Assembly: GCA_039934635.1 (NCBI GenBank)
Contig: JBDTLT010000002.1
Location: 4,963-68,962, forward strand
Source: Acidimicrobiales bacterium
Lineage (GTDB): Bacteria > Actinomycetota > Acidimicrobiia > Acidimicrobiales > WLNW01
Length of the DNA stretch: 64,000 nucleotides
Direction: 5' to 3'
The translations under genes and the position numbers were made by a program. Shown one piece after another: positions 29,121 through 42,710 of this stretch (positions are counted from its first letter, which is position 1; the number at the start of each line of letters is the position of its first letter). The notes beneath the pieces are model-generated. The model saw nothing but the letters and a program-made list of their open reading frames with translations, did not search any database and had not been told where the DNA came from.

Positions 29121-30269
29121 ATGAGTGCGTATCTCGATCACGCGGCGACGACGCCGGTGCGACCCGAAGCGGTCGACGCGATGCTGCCGTTCTACACCGT
29201 CGACTATGGCAATCCGTCCGGCGCGCACTCGATGGCGCGCGCGGCCCGGCGCGCCGTCGACGACGCTCGCGACATCGTTGCCGAGGCGCTGGGCGCCCGG
29301 CCGGCCGACCTCGTCTTCACGAGCGGCGGCACCGAAGCCGACAACATGGCCATATTCGGTGCGGTCCGTCGTCACGGTGGCGTGGCGGTCTGCTCCGCCA
29401 TCGAGCATCACGCGGTGCTGCATCCCGTCGAGGCGCTTCACGGTCGCGTCGTCGGCGTCGACGCGCGCGGCATCATCGACCTCGACGCGCTCGAGCATGC
29501 CCTCGATGACACGGTGACGATCGTGTCGGTGATGCTCGCCAACAACGAGAGCGGCATAGTGCAGCCCGTCCGCGAGGTGGCTGCCATCGTGCGCCGCCTG
29601 GCCCCTCGCGCGCTGCTGCACACCGATGCGGTCAACGCATTCATGTGGGTCGACGTTGCGGCGGAGTGTGCCGACGCTGATCTCATCACGATCAGTGCCC
29701 ACAAGTTCGGCGGCCCCAAAGGCGTCGGCGCGCTCGTCGTGCGCAACGGCGCCACGCTCGAGCCGCTGCTGCTCGGAGGCGGGCAAGAACACGACCGCCG
29801 CAGCGGTACGCACAATGTCGCGGGCATCGTCGGCATGGCGACTGCGGCGCGCGCCACGGTCGAGACACGAGCCGCAACTGTTGCGCATGTGAGTGCGCTG
29901 CGCGATCGTCTGGCCGAGGGCCTGCGTGCTGCGGTGGCCGACACCTACGAGTCGGGTGTGTCGGGCATCGGCGACGGCCACGACCGCTCGCACAAGGTTG
30001 CGGGCAACTGCCACGTCTGCTTCTCCCAGACCGAGAGCGAGGCGCTGCTGTTCCTGCTCGAAAAAGAAGGCGTTCTCGCGTCGGCGGCATCGTCGTGCGC
30101 CAGCGGCGCACAAGACCCGTCCCACGTGCTCGCCGCGATGGGCGTCGACCGCGAGCTCGCTCAGGGTTCGCTGCGGCTCACGCTCGGCTATTCGTCGACG
30201 GCCGACGATGTCGACCTTGCGCTCGATGCGGTGCCTGCGGCCGTCGCCCGGCTCCGGCGTTTCGGATGA
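29121..30269 (+). CDS. iscS: Cysteine desulfurase (NifS/IscS class)
   Basis: 382 aa. PLP-lysine ISAHKFGGPKGVGAL and catalytic Cys in AASSCASG. Confidence 0.92.
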   Translation: MSAYLDHAATTPVRPEAVDAMLPFYTVDYGNPSGAHSMARAARRAVDDARDIVAEALGARPADLVFTSGGTEADNMAIFGAVRRHGGVAVCSAIEHHAVLHPVEALHGRVVGVDARGIIDLDALEHALDDTVTIVSVMLANNESGIVQPVREVAAIVRRLAPRALLHTDAVNAFMWVDVAAECADADLITISAHKFGGPKGVGALVVRNGATLEPLLLGGGQEHDRRSGTHNVAGIVGMATAARATVETRAATVAHVSALRDRLAEGLRAAVADTYESGVSGIGDGHDRSHKVAGNCHVCFSQTESEALLFLLEKEGVLASAASSCASGAQDPSHVLAAMGVDRELAQGSLRLTLGYSSTADDVDLALDAVPAAVARLRRFG

Positions 30270-30276
30270 GCCGGTG

Positions 30277-31329
30277 ATGAGCACGCGTCCCGAAGTGCTC
30301 GTGGCGATGTCGGGCGGGGTCGACTCGTCGGTCGCGGCAGCGATGTTGCTCGAGCAGGGCTTCGCGGTGACCGGCGTGACGATGAAGCTGTGGGGTGGTG
30401 ACTCCGACAGCGGCTGTTGTTCGGTCTCCGACGTCGATGACGCGCGGCGAGTCGCCGACCAACTGGGCATCGATCACCACGTGTTCAACTTCGGCGACGA
30501 TTTCGACGCGCACGTCGTGCAGCCCTATGTCGATGCCTACGCGTCGGGCATCACGCCCAACCCGTGTATCGAATGCAACCGCCATCTCAAGTTCGATCGC
30601 TTGTTGCGCCGCGCCGACGCATTGGGTTTCAACATGGTCGCCACGGGTCATCACGCTCGCATCGTCGACGTCGGCGGCACGCGCCGCATGGCGCGCGGCG
30701 CGGATCCGCTCAAAGATCAGTCGTACGTCCTCTACATGTTGCGCCAGCCCGAGTTGGCTCGCATCCTCTTGCCCATCGGCGATATCGACAAGGCCGGCGT
30801 GCGCACGTTGGCGGCGCGCCTGGGGCTGCGCACCGCGACCAAACCCGACAGCCAGGACGTGTGCTTCATCACCGCGACCGGTGGGCGAGAGAAGTTTCTC
30901 GGCGCCCGCATTCCGCTGCGCGCCGGTCGCATCGTCGACACCGCGGGCAACGAGTTGGGTCAAGTGCCCGCAGTCGAGTTGGTCACTGTCGGCCAGCGCA
31001 AGGGTCTCGATCTCGCGGGCGCGGGGCAGCGTCGATTCGTCGTCGATGTCGACGTTGCGGCGGCGACCGTCGTCGTCGGCTCTCGCGCCGATCTCGACCG
31101 CGATCGGCTGATGCTCGCCAACGTCGTGTGGTCCGACTCGCCTGTCGCAGGCCGGTGCCTCGTGCAGTGCAGCGCGCACGGCGACCCGCGTCCGGCCACT
31201 GTCGACGTCGTCGACGACGACCGCGTGCTCGTGCGTTGGGACGAGCCTCAGCGCCGGATCGCCCCCGGCCAGAGCGCCGTGTTCTACGAGGGCGACACTG
31301 TGCTCGGCGGCGGCATCGTCCAACCCTGA
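30277..31329 (+). CDS. mnmA: tRNA 2-thiouridine(34) synthase
   Basis: ATG at 30277 in ORF 29893..31329. PP-loop VAMSGGVDSSV and NPCIECNRHLKF. Confidence 0.93.
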   Translation: MSTRPEVLVAMSGGVDSSVAAAMLLEQGFAVTGVTMKLWGGDSDSGCCSVSDVDDARRVADQLGIDHHVFNFGDDFDAHVVQPYVDAYASGITPNPCIECNRHLKFDRLLRRADALGFNMVATGHHARIVDVGGTRRMARGADPLKDQSYVLYMLRQPELARILLPIGDIDKAGVRTLAARLGLRTATKPDSQDVCFITATGGREKFLGARIPLRAGRIVDTAGNELGQVPAVELVTVGQRKGLDLAGAGQRRFVVDVDVAAATVVVGSRADLDRDRLMLANVVWSDSPVAGRCLVQCSAHGDPRPATVDVVDDDRVLVRWDEPQRRIAPGQSAVFYEGDTVLGGGIVQP

Positions 31330-31357
31330 ACGGGTCGTGGAGAGGCGAGCGCGGTGG

Positions 31358-35000
<3,643 letters not shown>

Positions 35001-35013
35001 TTCGGCAGCGACG

Positions 35014-35439
35014 TCAGGTGACGCGGAACGACCACGCGTAGGTCGCCGACTGGTCGCGCCCGACCGACGATCGCCAATAGGTGACGCGGGCCCGGTTGGT
35101 CTGGGCCTGCAGTCGCTCGATCTCCCGGCCCACCCCCGGCCGGTATTCGATGCGGTTCAGCGAAGAAATCACCTGGACCGGCACGGCAACGTCGTTGATC
35201 GTCAATTCGCCTTCGTAGCCGGGCGCCAGGTCGACCACCACGGCGTCGAGTTGCAGCGCAGAGGCATTGCAGCCGGGCTCCAATTCCTCGATCGCAGCGG
35301 GCAGACCAGGGCATTTGCCCTCATCACCGCCGACCGAGGCGGCGATCACGATGAGCACGCCGGCGAGGAGCACCGCTCCGGCAATCAGGAGCCGGTCCCG
35401 CAAACGCATGGCTCCAGTCAACCACGGTGCACCGGCCAT
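35014..35439 (-). CDS. Small membrane-anchored/exported hypothetical protein
   Basis: 141 aa. N-terminal TM (LLIAGAVLLAGVLIVIAA), then a two-Cys segment. An alternative start is at 35409. Divergent from the kinase gene. Confidence 0.5.
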   Translation of the reverse strand: MAGAPWLTGAMRLRDRLLIAGAVLLAGVLIVIAASVGGDEGKCPGLPAAIEELEPGCNASALQLDAVVVDLAPGYEGELTINDVAVPVQVISSLNRIEYRPGVGREIERLQAQTNRARVTYWRSSVGRDQSATYAWSFRVT

Positions 35440-35468
35440 TGGCCGGTCGGCGGTTAGCCTGATGCGCG

Positions 35469-37433
35469 GTGACTGTGGCGTTGGACGACCTCGTCGGAAA
35501 AGTGCTCGGCGGCCGGTATCGCCTGGTAGCCCCGATTGCGACCGGGTCCTCGGCGCGCGTCTTCCTGGCCGACGACGCGATCCTGCGCCGCAGGGTGGCG
35601 GTCAAGGTGCTGCACACCGCCCTGGCCGAGGACGAAGTCTTCCTCCGCCGCTTCCGCGCCGAAGCCCAATCCGTGGCGGCGCTCAACCATCCCCACGTGA
35701 TGGCGGTCTACGACTGGGGCAACGACGACGTGCCCTATCTGGTGAGCGAATTCCTCGGCGGTGGCAGCGTGCGCATGATGCTCGACGCGGGTCATCGGCT
35801 CACTGCGTCGCAAGCGTTGCTGGTCGGTCTCGAGGCCGCCCGCGGGCTCGAGTACGCCCACAAGCGCGGCATCATTCATCGCGACATCAAACCCGCCAAC
35901 TTGCTCTTCGATGACGAAGGACGGCTGCGCCTCGCCGACTTCGGGTTGGCCAAGGCGCTCTCCGAGGCCGCGTGGACCGAACCTGCGGGCGTGATGCTCG
36001 GCACCATGCGCTACGCGTCGCCCGAACAGGCCAAGGGTGAGGCGCTCACCGGCAAGTCCGACCTCTACTCGCTCGCGCTGGTACTCATCGAAGCCGTCAC
36101 CGGCGAGGTGCCCTTCAGCACCGACACCGCGCTCGGCACGCTGATGGCGCGAGTCGACAATCAACTTCGCGCGCCGGACGAACTCGGCGCGTTGGGCCCG
36201 GCGATCGAACGCGCCGCGCATCCCGACCCGGCACAACGACCTGATGCGGGCGAGTTCAGCATCGCCTTGATGGCGGCGGCCGAAGATCTCGTGCGGCCCG
36301 AGCCGTTGCCCCTCGTGAGCAGCATCTCGCGCGGCGATCCGATCGAGGCCGACCGCGATCCGACGCTGATCGCGCCGTCCGAGATCCTCAGGCCTGGCCC
36401 CGACGCCGGCACCGGCCTGGCGACGGTCACCGATCAGCCGGCGACGCGGCTGCCCGATCGTCGATCGACGGTGCCCGCGGTGTCGCGCTCGGGCGCGTTG
36501 CGCGGGTCGCCCTACGACCGATTCATCGACACCCGCCCACCGCGCCGCTGGCCGATCGCGCTCGGCATCGCGATCGTCATGATCTTCGCGCTCGGTGCAC
36601 TCGGGGTGGCGCTCGCCGACAAGGCCAGCAGCCATGACGTGCCCGACTTTCGCGACAGGCCCGAGAGCGAGTTGCTCGATGTCGCCGCCCGCAACGGTTG
36701 GGTCACGGTGCGGGTCGACTCGCGGGACAACGATGTCTCGGCGGGCAACATCGTCGAAACCGACCCGCCGGCCGGCCGTGCCCTCGAAAAGGGCCAGACG
36801 CTCACCTACTACCTCTCGCGCGGGAAGCCCCTGGTGGCGTTGCCCGTCGACCTCGCCGGCCGGGCCGCGGCAGAGGCGCGCGAGTTGCTGATCCAGGCGG
36901 GCTTCAACGTCACCGAGCCCCAGGTCGTATTCGACGAGAAGTTCCCCAAGGGCTCGGTGATCCGCATCGTCGACGATGCCAACAAGCCCGCCGCGGCGCA
37001 GGCGCCCAAGGGCAGCACGCTGACGCTCGTCGTCTCCAACGGCCCCGAGCAGCGAGCGGTCCCGACGGGCCTCGAGCTTCAGCCGAAAGACGCTGTCGTC
37101 AACGCGCTCAAGGCGCTGCGGCTCAACCCGCAGTTGAAAGATGACTTCAGCGAGACGGTGCCGAAGGACATGGTGATCTCGGTCGACCCCGTGCCGGGCA
37201 CCAAGCTCGATGTCGACGCCGTCGTCACCGTGAGCGTCTCGAAGGGCCCCGAGCCGCGTGTGGTGCCCAATACCGTCGGCATGACACTCAATCAGGCGAC
37301 CGCGGCCCTCGAAAGCGCCGGGTTCAAGATCAGCGGCGTCACCGGTTCGCCCAGCGGCAAGGTGCTCATCACCAATCCGCCGGCGGGCGAGCGCTATCCG
37401 AAGGACACCCTCGTCCAGATCATCATGCGCTAG
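35469..37433 (+). CDS. Ser/Thr protein kinase with four extracellular PASTA repeats (PknB-like)
   Basis: Kinase motifs VAVKVL, HRDIKPANLL, DFGLAK and SPEQ, a central TM (WPIALGIAIVMIFALGALGVALA), and four ~65-aa PASTA-like repeats. Confidence 0.92.
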   Translation: MTVALDDLVGKVLGGRYRLVAPIATGSSARVFLADDAILRRRVAVKVLHTALAEDEVFLRRFRAEAQSVAALNHPHVMAVYDWGNDDVPYLVSEFLGGGSVRMMLDAGHRLTASQALLVGLEAARGLEYAHKRGIIHRDIKPANLLFDDEGRLRLADFGLAKALSEAAWTEPAGVMLGTMRYASPEQAKGEALTGKSDLYSLALVLIEAVTGEVPFSTDTALGTLMARVDNQLRAPDELGALGPAIERAAHPDPAQRPDAGEFSIALMAAAEDLVRPEPLPLVSSISRGDPIEADRDPTLIAPSEILRPGPDAGTGLATVTDQPATRLPDRRSTVPAVSRSGALRGSPYDRFIDTRPPRRWPIALGIAIVMIFALGALGVALADKASSHDVPDFRDRPESELLDVAARNGWVTVRVDSRDNDVSAGNIVETDPPAGRALEKGQTLTYYLSRGKPLVALPVDLAGRAAAEARELLIQAGFNVTEPQVVFDEKFPKGSVIRIVDDANKPAAAQAPKGSTLTLVVSNGPEQRAVPTGLELQPKDAVVNALKALRLNPQLKDDFSETVPKDMVISVDPVPGTKLDVDAVVTVSVSKGPEPRVVPNTVGMTLNQATAALESAGFKISGVTGSPSGKVLITNPPAGERYPKDTLVQIIMR

Positions 37434-37465
37434 CAACTGACCCAGCCTAATTTTCATGCCGAACT

Positions 37466-37504
37466 CGCTGTCAAACGTGGGCTCCACAGCCACGTTTGAC
37501 AGCG
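37466..37504. terminator. Perfect 15-bp-stem hairpin between convergent genes (putative bidirectional, U-tail-less terminator)
   Basis: Read directly: cgctgtcaaacgtgg (37466-37480), loop gctccacag, ccacgtttgacagcg (37490-37504). It lies between the kinase stop (37433) and the SCP2 stop (37535). Confidence 0.5.
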
Positions 37505-37534
37505 AGAACGGCAGTAATCGGAGGGCGGAGAGGG

Positions 37535-37987
37535 TCAGTCGGCGGTGAAGGCCTTGATGCGGTCGGCGATTTCGCGGGCGATCGCTGCGCTGTCGGCTTC
37601 GTTGAGCGGCAACTGCAGCGCCAGCATCTTGGTCATGTCGCCCTGCACCCGGATCTTTCCGCCGAACACGGCCTGGATCGCGGCGTTGGGGTCTTGCTGT
37701 ACGAACAAGGCTTTCGCCGTCGCGTAATCGGTCGTGATCGTGAGGTCGGGTTCGGGAAGGTGGCCCTCTTCGAGCGCGAGCTGCCCGCTCGCCGTGTCGA
37801 TCGATCCGAGGATCTCGGGCTCGCCGAACGGCGCCCCGGTGACGACCACGTTGGCCCGCACCGGGATCGACGGCGGCTGGACCCGATCGTGGTACTCGTC
37901 GCGTACGTCGCGCACCGCGTCGATCCACGACGGTGACAGGAACTCGTGTTTGCGCGGCTTGCCGGCCGAGGACTTCTTCGCGGGCAC
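37535..37987 (-). CDS. SCP2 sterol/lipid-binding domain protein
   Basis: 150 aa. ..TDYATAKALFVQQDPNAAIQAVFGGKIRVQGDMTKMLAL.. matches the SCP2 C-terminal pattern. Confidence 0.7.
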   Translation of the reverse strand: MPAKKSSAGKPRKHEFLSPSWIDAVRDVRDEYHDRVQPPSIPVRANVVVTGAPFGEPEILGSIDTASGQLALEEGHLPEPDLTITTDYATAKALFVQQDPNAAIQAVFGGKIRVQGDMTKMLALQLPLNEADSAAIAREIADRIKAFTAD

Positions 37988-38071
37988 GGCGACGAGGGTA
38001 TCCCGAATCCCCGCTCAGCTGGGGGCCGCTCGGGCCCCGTGTCAGAGGCTGCTGAGGCGACAGTAGATTCA

Positions 38072-38380
38072 ATGGTCATGTCCCAGCGTTTGACCCGCGA
38101 CGATGTCGCGCACGTGGCGCGCCTGGCGCGCCTGCGTCTGAGCGAAGCCGAGCTCGACGAATTCACCCCACAGCTGGCCGACGTGCTGGCCCATGCGGAG
38201 GACATCGAACGCCTCGATGTCGGCGATGTCGCGCCCACGGCCCACCCGCTGCCGCTGCGCAACGTGTTCCGCGACGACGTCGTGCGCCCCTCGATCGACC
38301 GCGACGAAGTCCTCGCGGCGGCACCGGCCGCGCAGGATGGCCAGTTCCGCGTCCCGCAGATTCTCGGAGAAGAGCAGTGA
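38072..38380 (+). CDS. gatC: Asp/Glu-tRNA amidotransferase subunit C
   Basis: ATG at 38072 (or 38078) in ORF 37946..38380. [24 protein letters not shown]. Confidence 0.9.
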   Translation: MVMSQRLTRDDVAHVARLARLRLSEAELDEFTPQLADVLAHAEDIERLDVGDVAPTAHPLPLRNVFRDDVVRPSIDRDEVLAAAPAAQDGQFRVPQILGEEQ

Positions 38381-39819
38381 CGATCGGGTCCGCGTTCGAC
38401 ATCGCGGCGCAGGTACGCGCCGGCACCCGATCGGCGCGCGCCGTGGTCGACGAATGCCTCGCCGCCGTCGATGCCCGCGAGGGCGACGTGCACGCCTTCA
38501 ACCTGGTGCTCGCCGATCAGGCCCGCGCCGCCGCCGACGCGATCGACGCCCGCGTGGCCAACGGCGAAGATCCCGGGCCACTGGCCGGGGTGCCGGTCGC
38601 GCTCAAGGACAACCTGTGTACGCGTGGCCTACCCACGACGTGCTCGTCGCGCATCCTCGAGGGGTGGCGCCCTCCCTACGACGCGTCGGTCGTGCAGCGC
38701 ATCGTCGCCGCCGGCGGCATCGTGGTGGGCAAGACCAACCTCGACGAGTTCGCGATGGGCAGCTCCACCGAGAACTCGGCGTTCGGCCCCACGCGCAACC
38801 CCCATGACCTCTCCAAGGTGCCCGGCGGCTCGAGTGGTGGTTCGGCCGCGGCGGTCGCTGCCGGCTTCGCCGCGCTGGCCCTCGGCAGCGACACCGGTGG
38901 GTCCATCCGCCAGCCGGCCGCATTGTGTGGCGTGGTCGGTGTCAAACCCACTTATGGCCTCGTGTCGCGCTACGGCCTCATCGCGTTTGCGTCGTCGCTC
39001 GATCAGATCGGGCCGTTCGCCGCCAACGTGCGCGACGCGGCACTGTTGCTCGAAGTGATCGCGGGTCACGACGAGATGGATTCGACGTCGATCCCACAAG
39101 CGTCGCCTTCATTGGTCGACGTGCTCGACGACGGCGTCGACGGACTACGCGTCGGCATCATCGAAGAGCTCTCGGGTGAGGGCATTGCTCCCGATGTGTT
39201 GGCACAGTTGCACGCGGCCGCCACTGCACTCGAAAAGGCGGGCGCGATCGTCGAGACGGCGTCGGTGCCCGCGACGATCTACGGCCTGTCGGCGTACTAC
39301 TTGATCGCGCCGGCCGAGGCGTCGAGCAACCTCGCCCGTTACGACGGCGTGCGCTACGGCAACCGCGTCGACGGGGCCAGCACGACCGAAATGATGGAAG
39401 CGACCCGTACCGCCGGCTTTGGTGCAGAGGTCAAGCGGCGCATCATGCTCGGCACCTACGCACTGTCGGCCGGTTACTACGACGCGTACTACGGCAAGGC
39501 GCAGCGCGTGCGCACCCTCATCATCCGTGACTTCGCGCGCGCCTATGAGCGCTTCGACGTGTTGTTGTGCCCGACGTCGCCGACGACTGCATTCGCGCTC
39601 GGTGCCAAAACGGCCGATCCGCTGACGATGTATCTCAACGACGTGTGCACGATTCCCAGCAATTTGGCGGGTCAGCCGGCAATGTCAGTGCCGTTCGGGG
39701 TGGGCGACGACGGGATGCCGATCGGCGTCCAGGTGCTCGCGCCGCTTCAGGGCGAGGCCACGATGTTCCGGGTGGCGGCCGTGCTCGAAGCCGCGCAGAA
39801 AGTAGGCGATCATGTCTGA
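38377..39819 (+). CDS. gatA: Asp/Glu-tRNA amidotransferase subunit A
   Basis: 480 aa. Amidase signature [14 protein letters not shown]. The GTG overlaps the gatC stop. Confidence 0.96.
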   Translation: MTIGSAFDIAAQVRAGTRSARAVVDECLAAVDAREGDVHAFNLVLADQARAAADAIDARVANGEDPGPLAGVPVALKDNLCTRGLPTTCSSRILEGWRPPYDASVVQRIVAAGGIVVGKTNLDEFAMGSSTENSAFGPTRNPHDLSKVPGGSSGGSAAAVAAGFAALALGSDTGGSIRQPAALCGVVGVKPTYGLVSRYGLIAFASSLDQIGPFAANVRDAALLLEVIAGHDEMDSTSIPQASPSLVDVLDDGVDGLRVGIIEELSGEGIAPDVLAQLHAAATALEKAGAIVETASVPATIYGLSAYYLIAPAEASSNLARYDGVRYGNRVDGASTTEMMEATRTAGFGAEVKRRIMLGTYALSAGYYDAYYGKAQRVRTLIIRDFARAYERFDVLLCPTSPTTAFALGAKTADPLTMYLNDVCTIPSNLAGQPAMSVPFGVGDDGMPIGVQVLAPLQGEATMFRVAAVLEAAQKVGDHV

Positions 39820-41239
39820 TGTCCCCGAGGGCTGGGAGTTGATCTGCGGGCTCGAGGTCCACTGCGAGCTCGCCACCACGACCAAGTTGTTCTGCGGGTG
39901 TCGCAATCGTTTCGGCGACGATGCCAACACCAACGTGTGCCCGGTCTGTCTCGGCCTGCCCGGTTCGTTGCCGGTGCTCAACGGCGAGGCCGTCGAATAC
40001 GCCATGAAGCTCGGCCGTGCCCTGAATTGCACGGTCAACGCTTCGGTGTTCGCCCGCAAGAACTACTTCTATCCCGACATGCCACGGGACTTTCAGGTCA
40101 CGCAGTTCGATCGGCCGACCAACACGATGGGCTACCTCGATCTGCCCGCGGGCAAGCGCATCGGCGTCACGCGGGCGCACATCGAGGAAGACACCGGCAA
40201 GACGTCGCACGCCGGTGGCGATGGCCGCATTCACGGTGCCGAGTACTCGCTCGTCGACTACAACCGCGCGGGCGTGCCGTTGGTCGAGATCGTGAGCGAA
40301 CCCGACATTCGCAGCGCAGACGAAGCCAAGGCCTATGTGGACGAACTGCGCAAGATCGTGCTGGCTATCGGCGTGAGCGACGCCAAGATGGAAGAAGGCT
40401 CGATGCGCGTCGACGCCAACGTCTCGGTTCGGCCCGCCGGTTCGACCGAATTCCGCACGCGCTGCGAGATCAAGAACATCAACTCGCTCAGCTCGATCGA
40501 ACGAGCGATCCGCTACGAAGCGAACCGGCACATCGGTCTCTATGACGCAGGCGAACGGCCGCATCAGGAGACGCGTCACTGGGACGAGGAGAACCAGCGC
40601 ACACGCGCCGGTCGCTCCAAGGAGAACTCCGACGACTATCGCTACTTCCCCGAGCCCGATCTGCTGCCGCTCGAACCCTCGGCCGCCGACATCGCGCGGA
40701 TCGACGCGTCGTTGCCGTTGTTGCCCGCGGCGCGTCGCGGTCGTCTCGCCGACGTCGCAACAGTGAGCGCCGAGCGGGCCGGGCTCATCGTCGATCGCGG
40801 TCAGGACGAGTTCGCGTTCCGAGCGATCGGTGCCGGTGCCGACCCGGCGCGCGTGTTGGTGCACATCGAACAGAACCTCAAAGACGGCTTCGGTGCGATG
40901 GGGATCGACGAGTTCGTTCGCCTCGTTGCGATGGAAACAGAGAACAAGTTGAGCGCGACGCAGACCAAGCAAGTCCTCGCGGAGCTCGTCGCCGCCGGCG
41001 GCTCACCCGAAGAGGTCGCGAAGGCTCGCGGATTCGAGGCCATGCAGAGCAGCGATCTCGCGGCGATCGTCGACAAGATCATCGCCGAAAATCCCGATGA
41101 CTGGCAGCGATTCGTCGCCGCCGACGACAAAGACGCCAACAAGATCTACGGATTCTTCGCCGGTTTGGTGATGAAGGCCACCCAGGGCAAAGCCGACGGC
41201 AAGGCGGTCCGAGAGATCTTCATGCAAAGGCGCGCCTAA
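39812..41239 (+). CDS. gatB: Asp/Glu-tRNA amidotransferase subunit B
   Basis: 475 aa. [14 protein letters not shown], and YFYPDMP. Overlaps gatA by 8 nt. Confidence 0.96.
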   Translation: MSDVPEGWELICGLEVHCELATTTKLFCGCRNRFGDDANTNVCPVCLGLPGSLPVLNGEAVEYAMKLGRALNCTVNASVFARKNYFYPDMPRDFQVTQFDRPTNTMGYLDLPAGKRIGVTRAHIEEDTGKTSHAGGDGRIHGAEYSLVDYNRAGVPLVEIVSEPDIRSADEAKAYVDELRKIVLAIGVSDAKMEEGSMRVDANVSVRPAGSTEFRTRCEIKNINSLSSIERAIRYEANRHIGLYDAGERPHQETRHWDEENQRTRAGRSKENSDDYRYFPEPDLLPLEPSAADIARIDASLPLLPAARRGRLADVATVSAERAGLIVDRGQDEFAFRAIGAGADPARVLVHIEQNLKDGFGAMGIDEFVRLVAMETENKLSATQTKQVLAELVAAGGSPEEVAKARGFEAMQSSDLAAIVDKIIAENPDDWQRFVAADDKDANKIYGFFAGLVMKATQGKADGKAVREIFMQRRA

Positions 41240-41295
41240 CCGCGGCTGCCCATTCTCTAGAATGCTCCGATTCCCCAGATCGAAGGAGCCCTGCC

Positions 41296-41718
41296 ATGCG
41301 TGCACGTCGCGCGGTCACGCTTTGCATAGGTGTCGTACCGTTACTGCTCGGTGCGTGTGGTGGCGACGACGGCAAAGACACGTCACCGCAAGCAAAGGCG
41401 TTCTGTGCTGTCGCCGACCCCGTTCAGAAGTTGAGCGGTGTTTTGGAGTCCGAAGATCCCGTGGAGGTCAAGGTCAAGTTCACGGCGGCCGAAACCGCGT
41501 TGGCGGCGATCGCCGGTGATCCGCCCAAGGACATCGCGGCCGACATCGAGACGATCAAGACCCACTTCACTGCCGCGAACGACGCGATGAAGAAGGCCGG
41601 CTACGACGTCGGCGACGTCGACAAGGCATCGAGCAAGGCCGTCAGCGATCTCGAGGATCCGACGTTCACCAAGGCCGGCGACAACGTGCAGGCGTGGGCC
41701 ACCAAGAACTGCACCTGA
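41296..41718 (+). CDS. Putative lipoprotein (hypothetical)
   Basis: 140 aa. Signal peptide with the lipobox LLGAC. GAAGGAG RBS. Confidence 0.6.
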   Translation: MRARRAVTLCIGVVPLLLGACGGDDGKDTSPQAKAFCAVADPVQKLSGVLESEDPVEVKVKFTAAETALAAIAGDPPKDIAADIETIKTHFTAANDAMKKAGYDVGDVDKASSKAVSDLEDPTFTKAGDNVQAWATKNCT

Positions 41719-41743
41719 TCGCCTGGTTCCCTACACTCTCGGC

Positions 41744-42643
41744 GTGAGCCCGACGCCGGAGATCATTGCGCAGCTGACCTTCGGTGAAGGCCCCTCGTGG
41801 TGCTCTGATGGCACCCTCATGTGCACGTCGGTCGCCGAAGGCCGCTTGTATCGGGTGTGGCCCGACGAACGCCGCACGGCGATCTTCGCCGAAACCAAGG
41901 GCGGCGCCAACGCGTGCGCACCGGCGGCCGAGGGCGGCTTCCTCGTCACGCAAAACGGCGGCATCGACTTCAGCCTCTTCAAGCTGCCCGGCTTCGATGC
42001 CTTGCCGCCGTTCTCGCCGGTGCCTCCGGGTCTGCAATACGCGGCAGTTGATGGCACGGTGACCTACCTCGCGACCCACGTCGACGACGGCACACCGTTG
42101 CACGGTCCCAACGATCTCGTGGTGACTGCCGACGGCATCGTGTACTTCACCGACCCCGGCCACTATCCCTTGCCCGACTCACCGATCGGCCGCGTACTGA
42201 AGATGACGCGCGACGGTGTCGTGTCGGTGGTCGACGCGCCGTATCGCTATTGCAACGGCATCGCGCTCGACCACGAGGGCGCGCTGCTCGTGATCGAGGC
42301 GGCCGGCATCTTGCGCCTCCACGACGACGGCTCGCGCGAGTGGATCGTCGAACAACTCGGGTCATCGCCCGGCGACGGCTTCTGTGTGGATGTGGAAGGC
42401 AACGCTTACGTGTGCTGCACGACGGAGAACTGCATCAAGGTCATCGACGTCGCCGGCACCGAGGTCGAGCGACTCGACCTCGCGCCGCTTGGCGCCCACG
42501 GCATGGTGACCAACTGTTGCTTCGGGGGAGCGGACGGCCGCACGCTGTTCGCCACGCACGCGATACCGGGCACCGTGGTCAAGTGGGACGGCCTACCGCA
42601 TCGGGGCCGCGAGATCTATCCCTGGCCGGGGCTGTCGGCTTGA
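41744..42643 (+). CDS. SMP-30/gluconolactonase/LRE-family beta-propeller protein
   Basis: 299 aa. EGPSW.., NDLVVTADGIVYFTDPG, CNGIALD motifs. Confidence 0.8.
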   Translation: MSPTPEIIAQLTFGEGPSWCSDGTLMCTSVAEGRLYRVWPDERRTAIFAETKGGANACAPAAEGGFLVTQNGGIDFSLFKLPGFDALPPFSPVPPGLQYAAVDGTVTYLATHVDDGTPLHGPNDLVVTADGIVYFTDPGHYPLPDSPIGRVLKMTRDGVVSVVDAPYRYCNGIALDHEGALLVIEAAGILRLHDDGSREWIVEQLGSSPGDGFCVDVEGNAYVCCTTENCIKVIDVAGTEVERLDLAPLGAHGMVTNCCFGGADGRTLFATHAIPGTVVKWDGLPHRGREIYPWPGLSA

Positions 42644-42710
42644 AGCCCGTGCGCAAATCGCATTCGGCGGGGGATGGACTGACCGATGCAGCGCGGTGAG
42701 CGTCGCGCGG

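Noticed and set aside
27669-30470. 933-aa minus-strand ORF
   Set aside because: It runs antisense to the RDD, cysteine desulfurase and mnmA genes and out of frame over the SpoIIM-like gene. It is Arg/Ala/Pro-rich with no recognisable domain.
35454-38072. 872-aa minus-strand ORF
   Set aside because: It is antisense to the PASTA kinase and out of frame with the SCP2 gene. It is low-complexity and Arg/Gly/Asp-rich.
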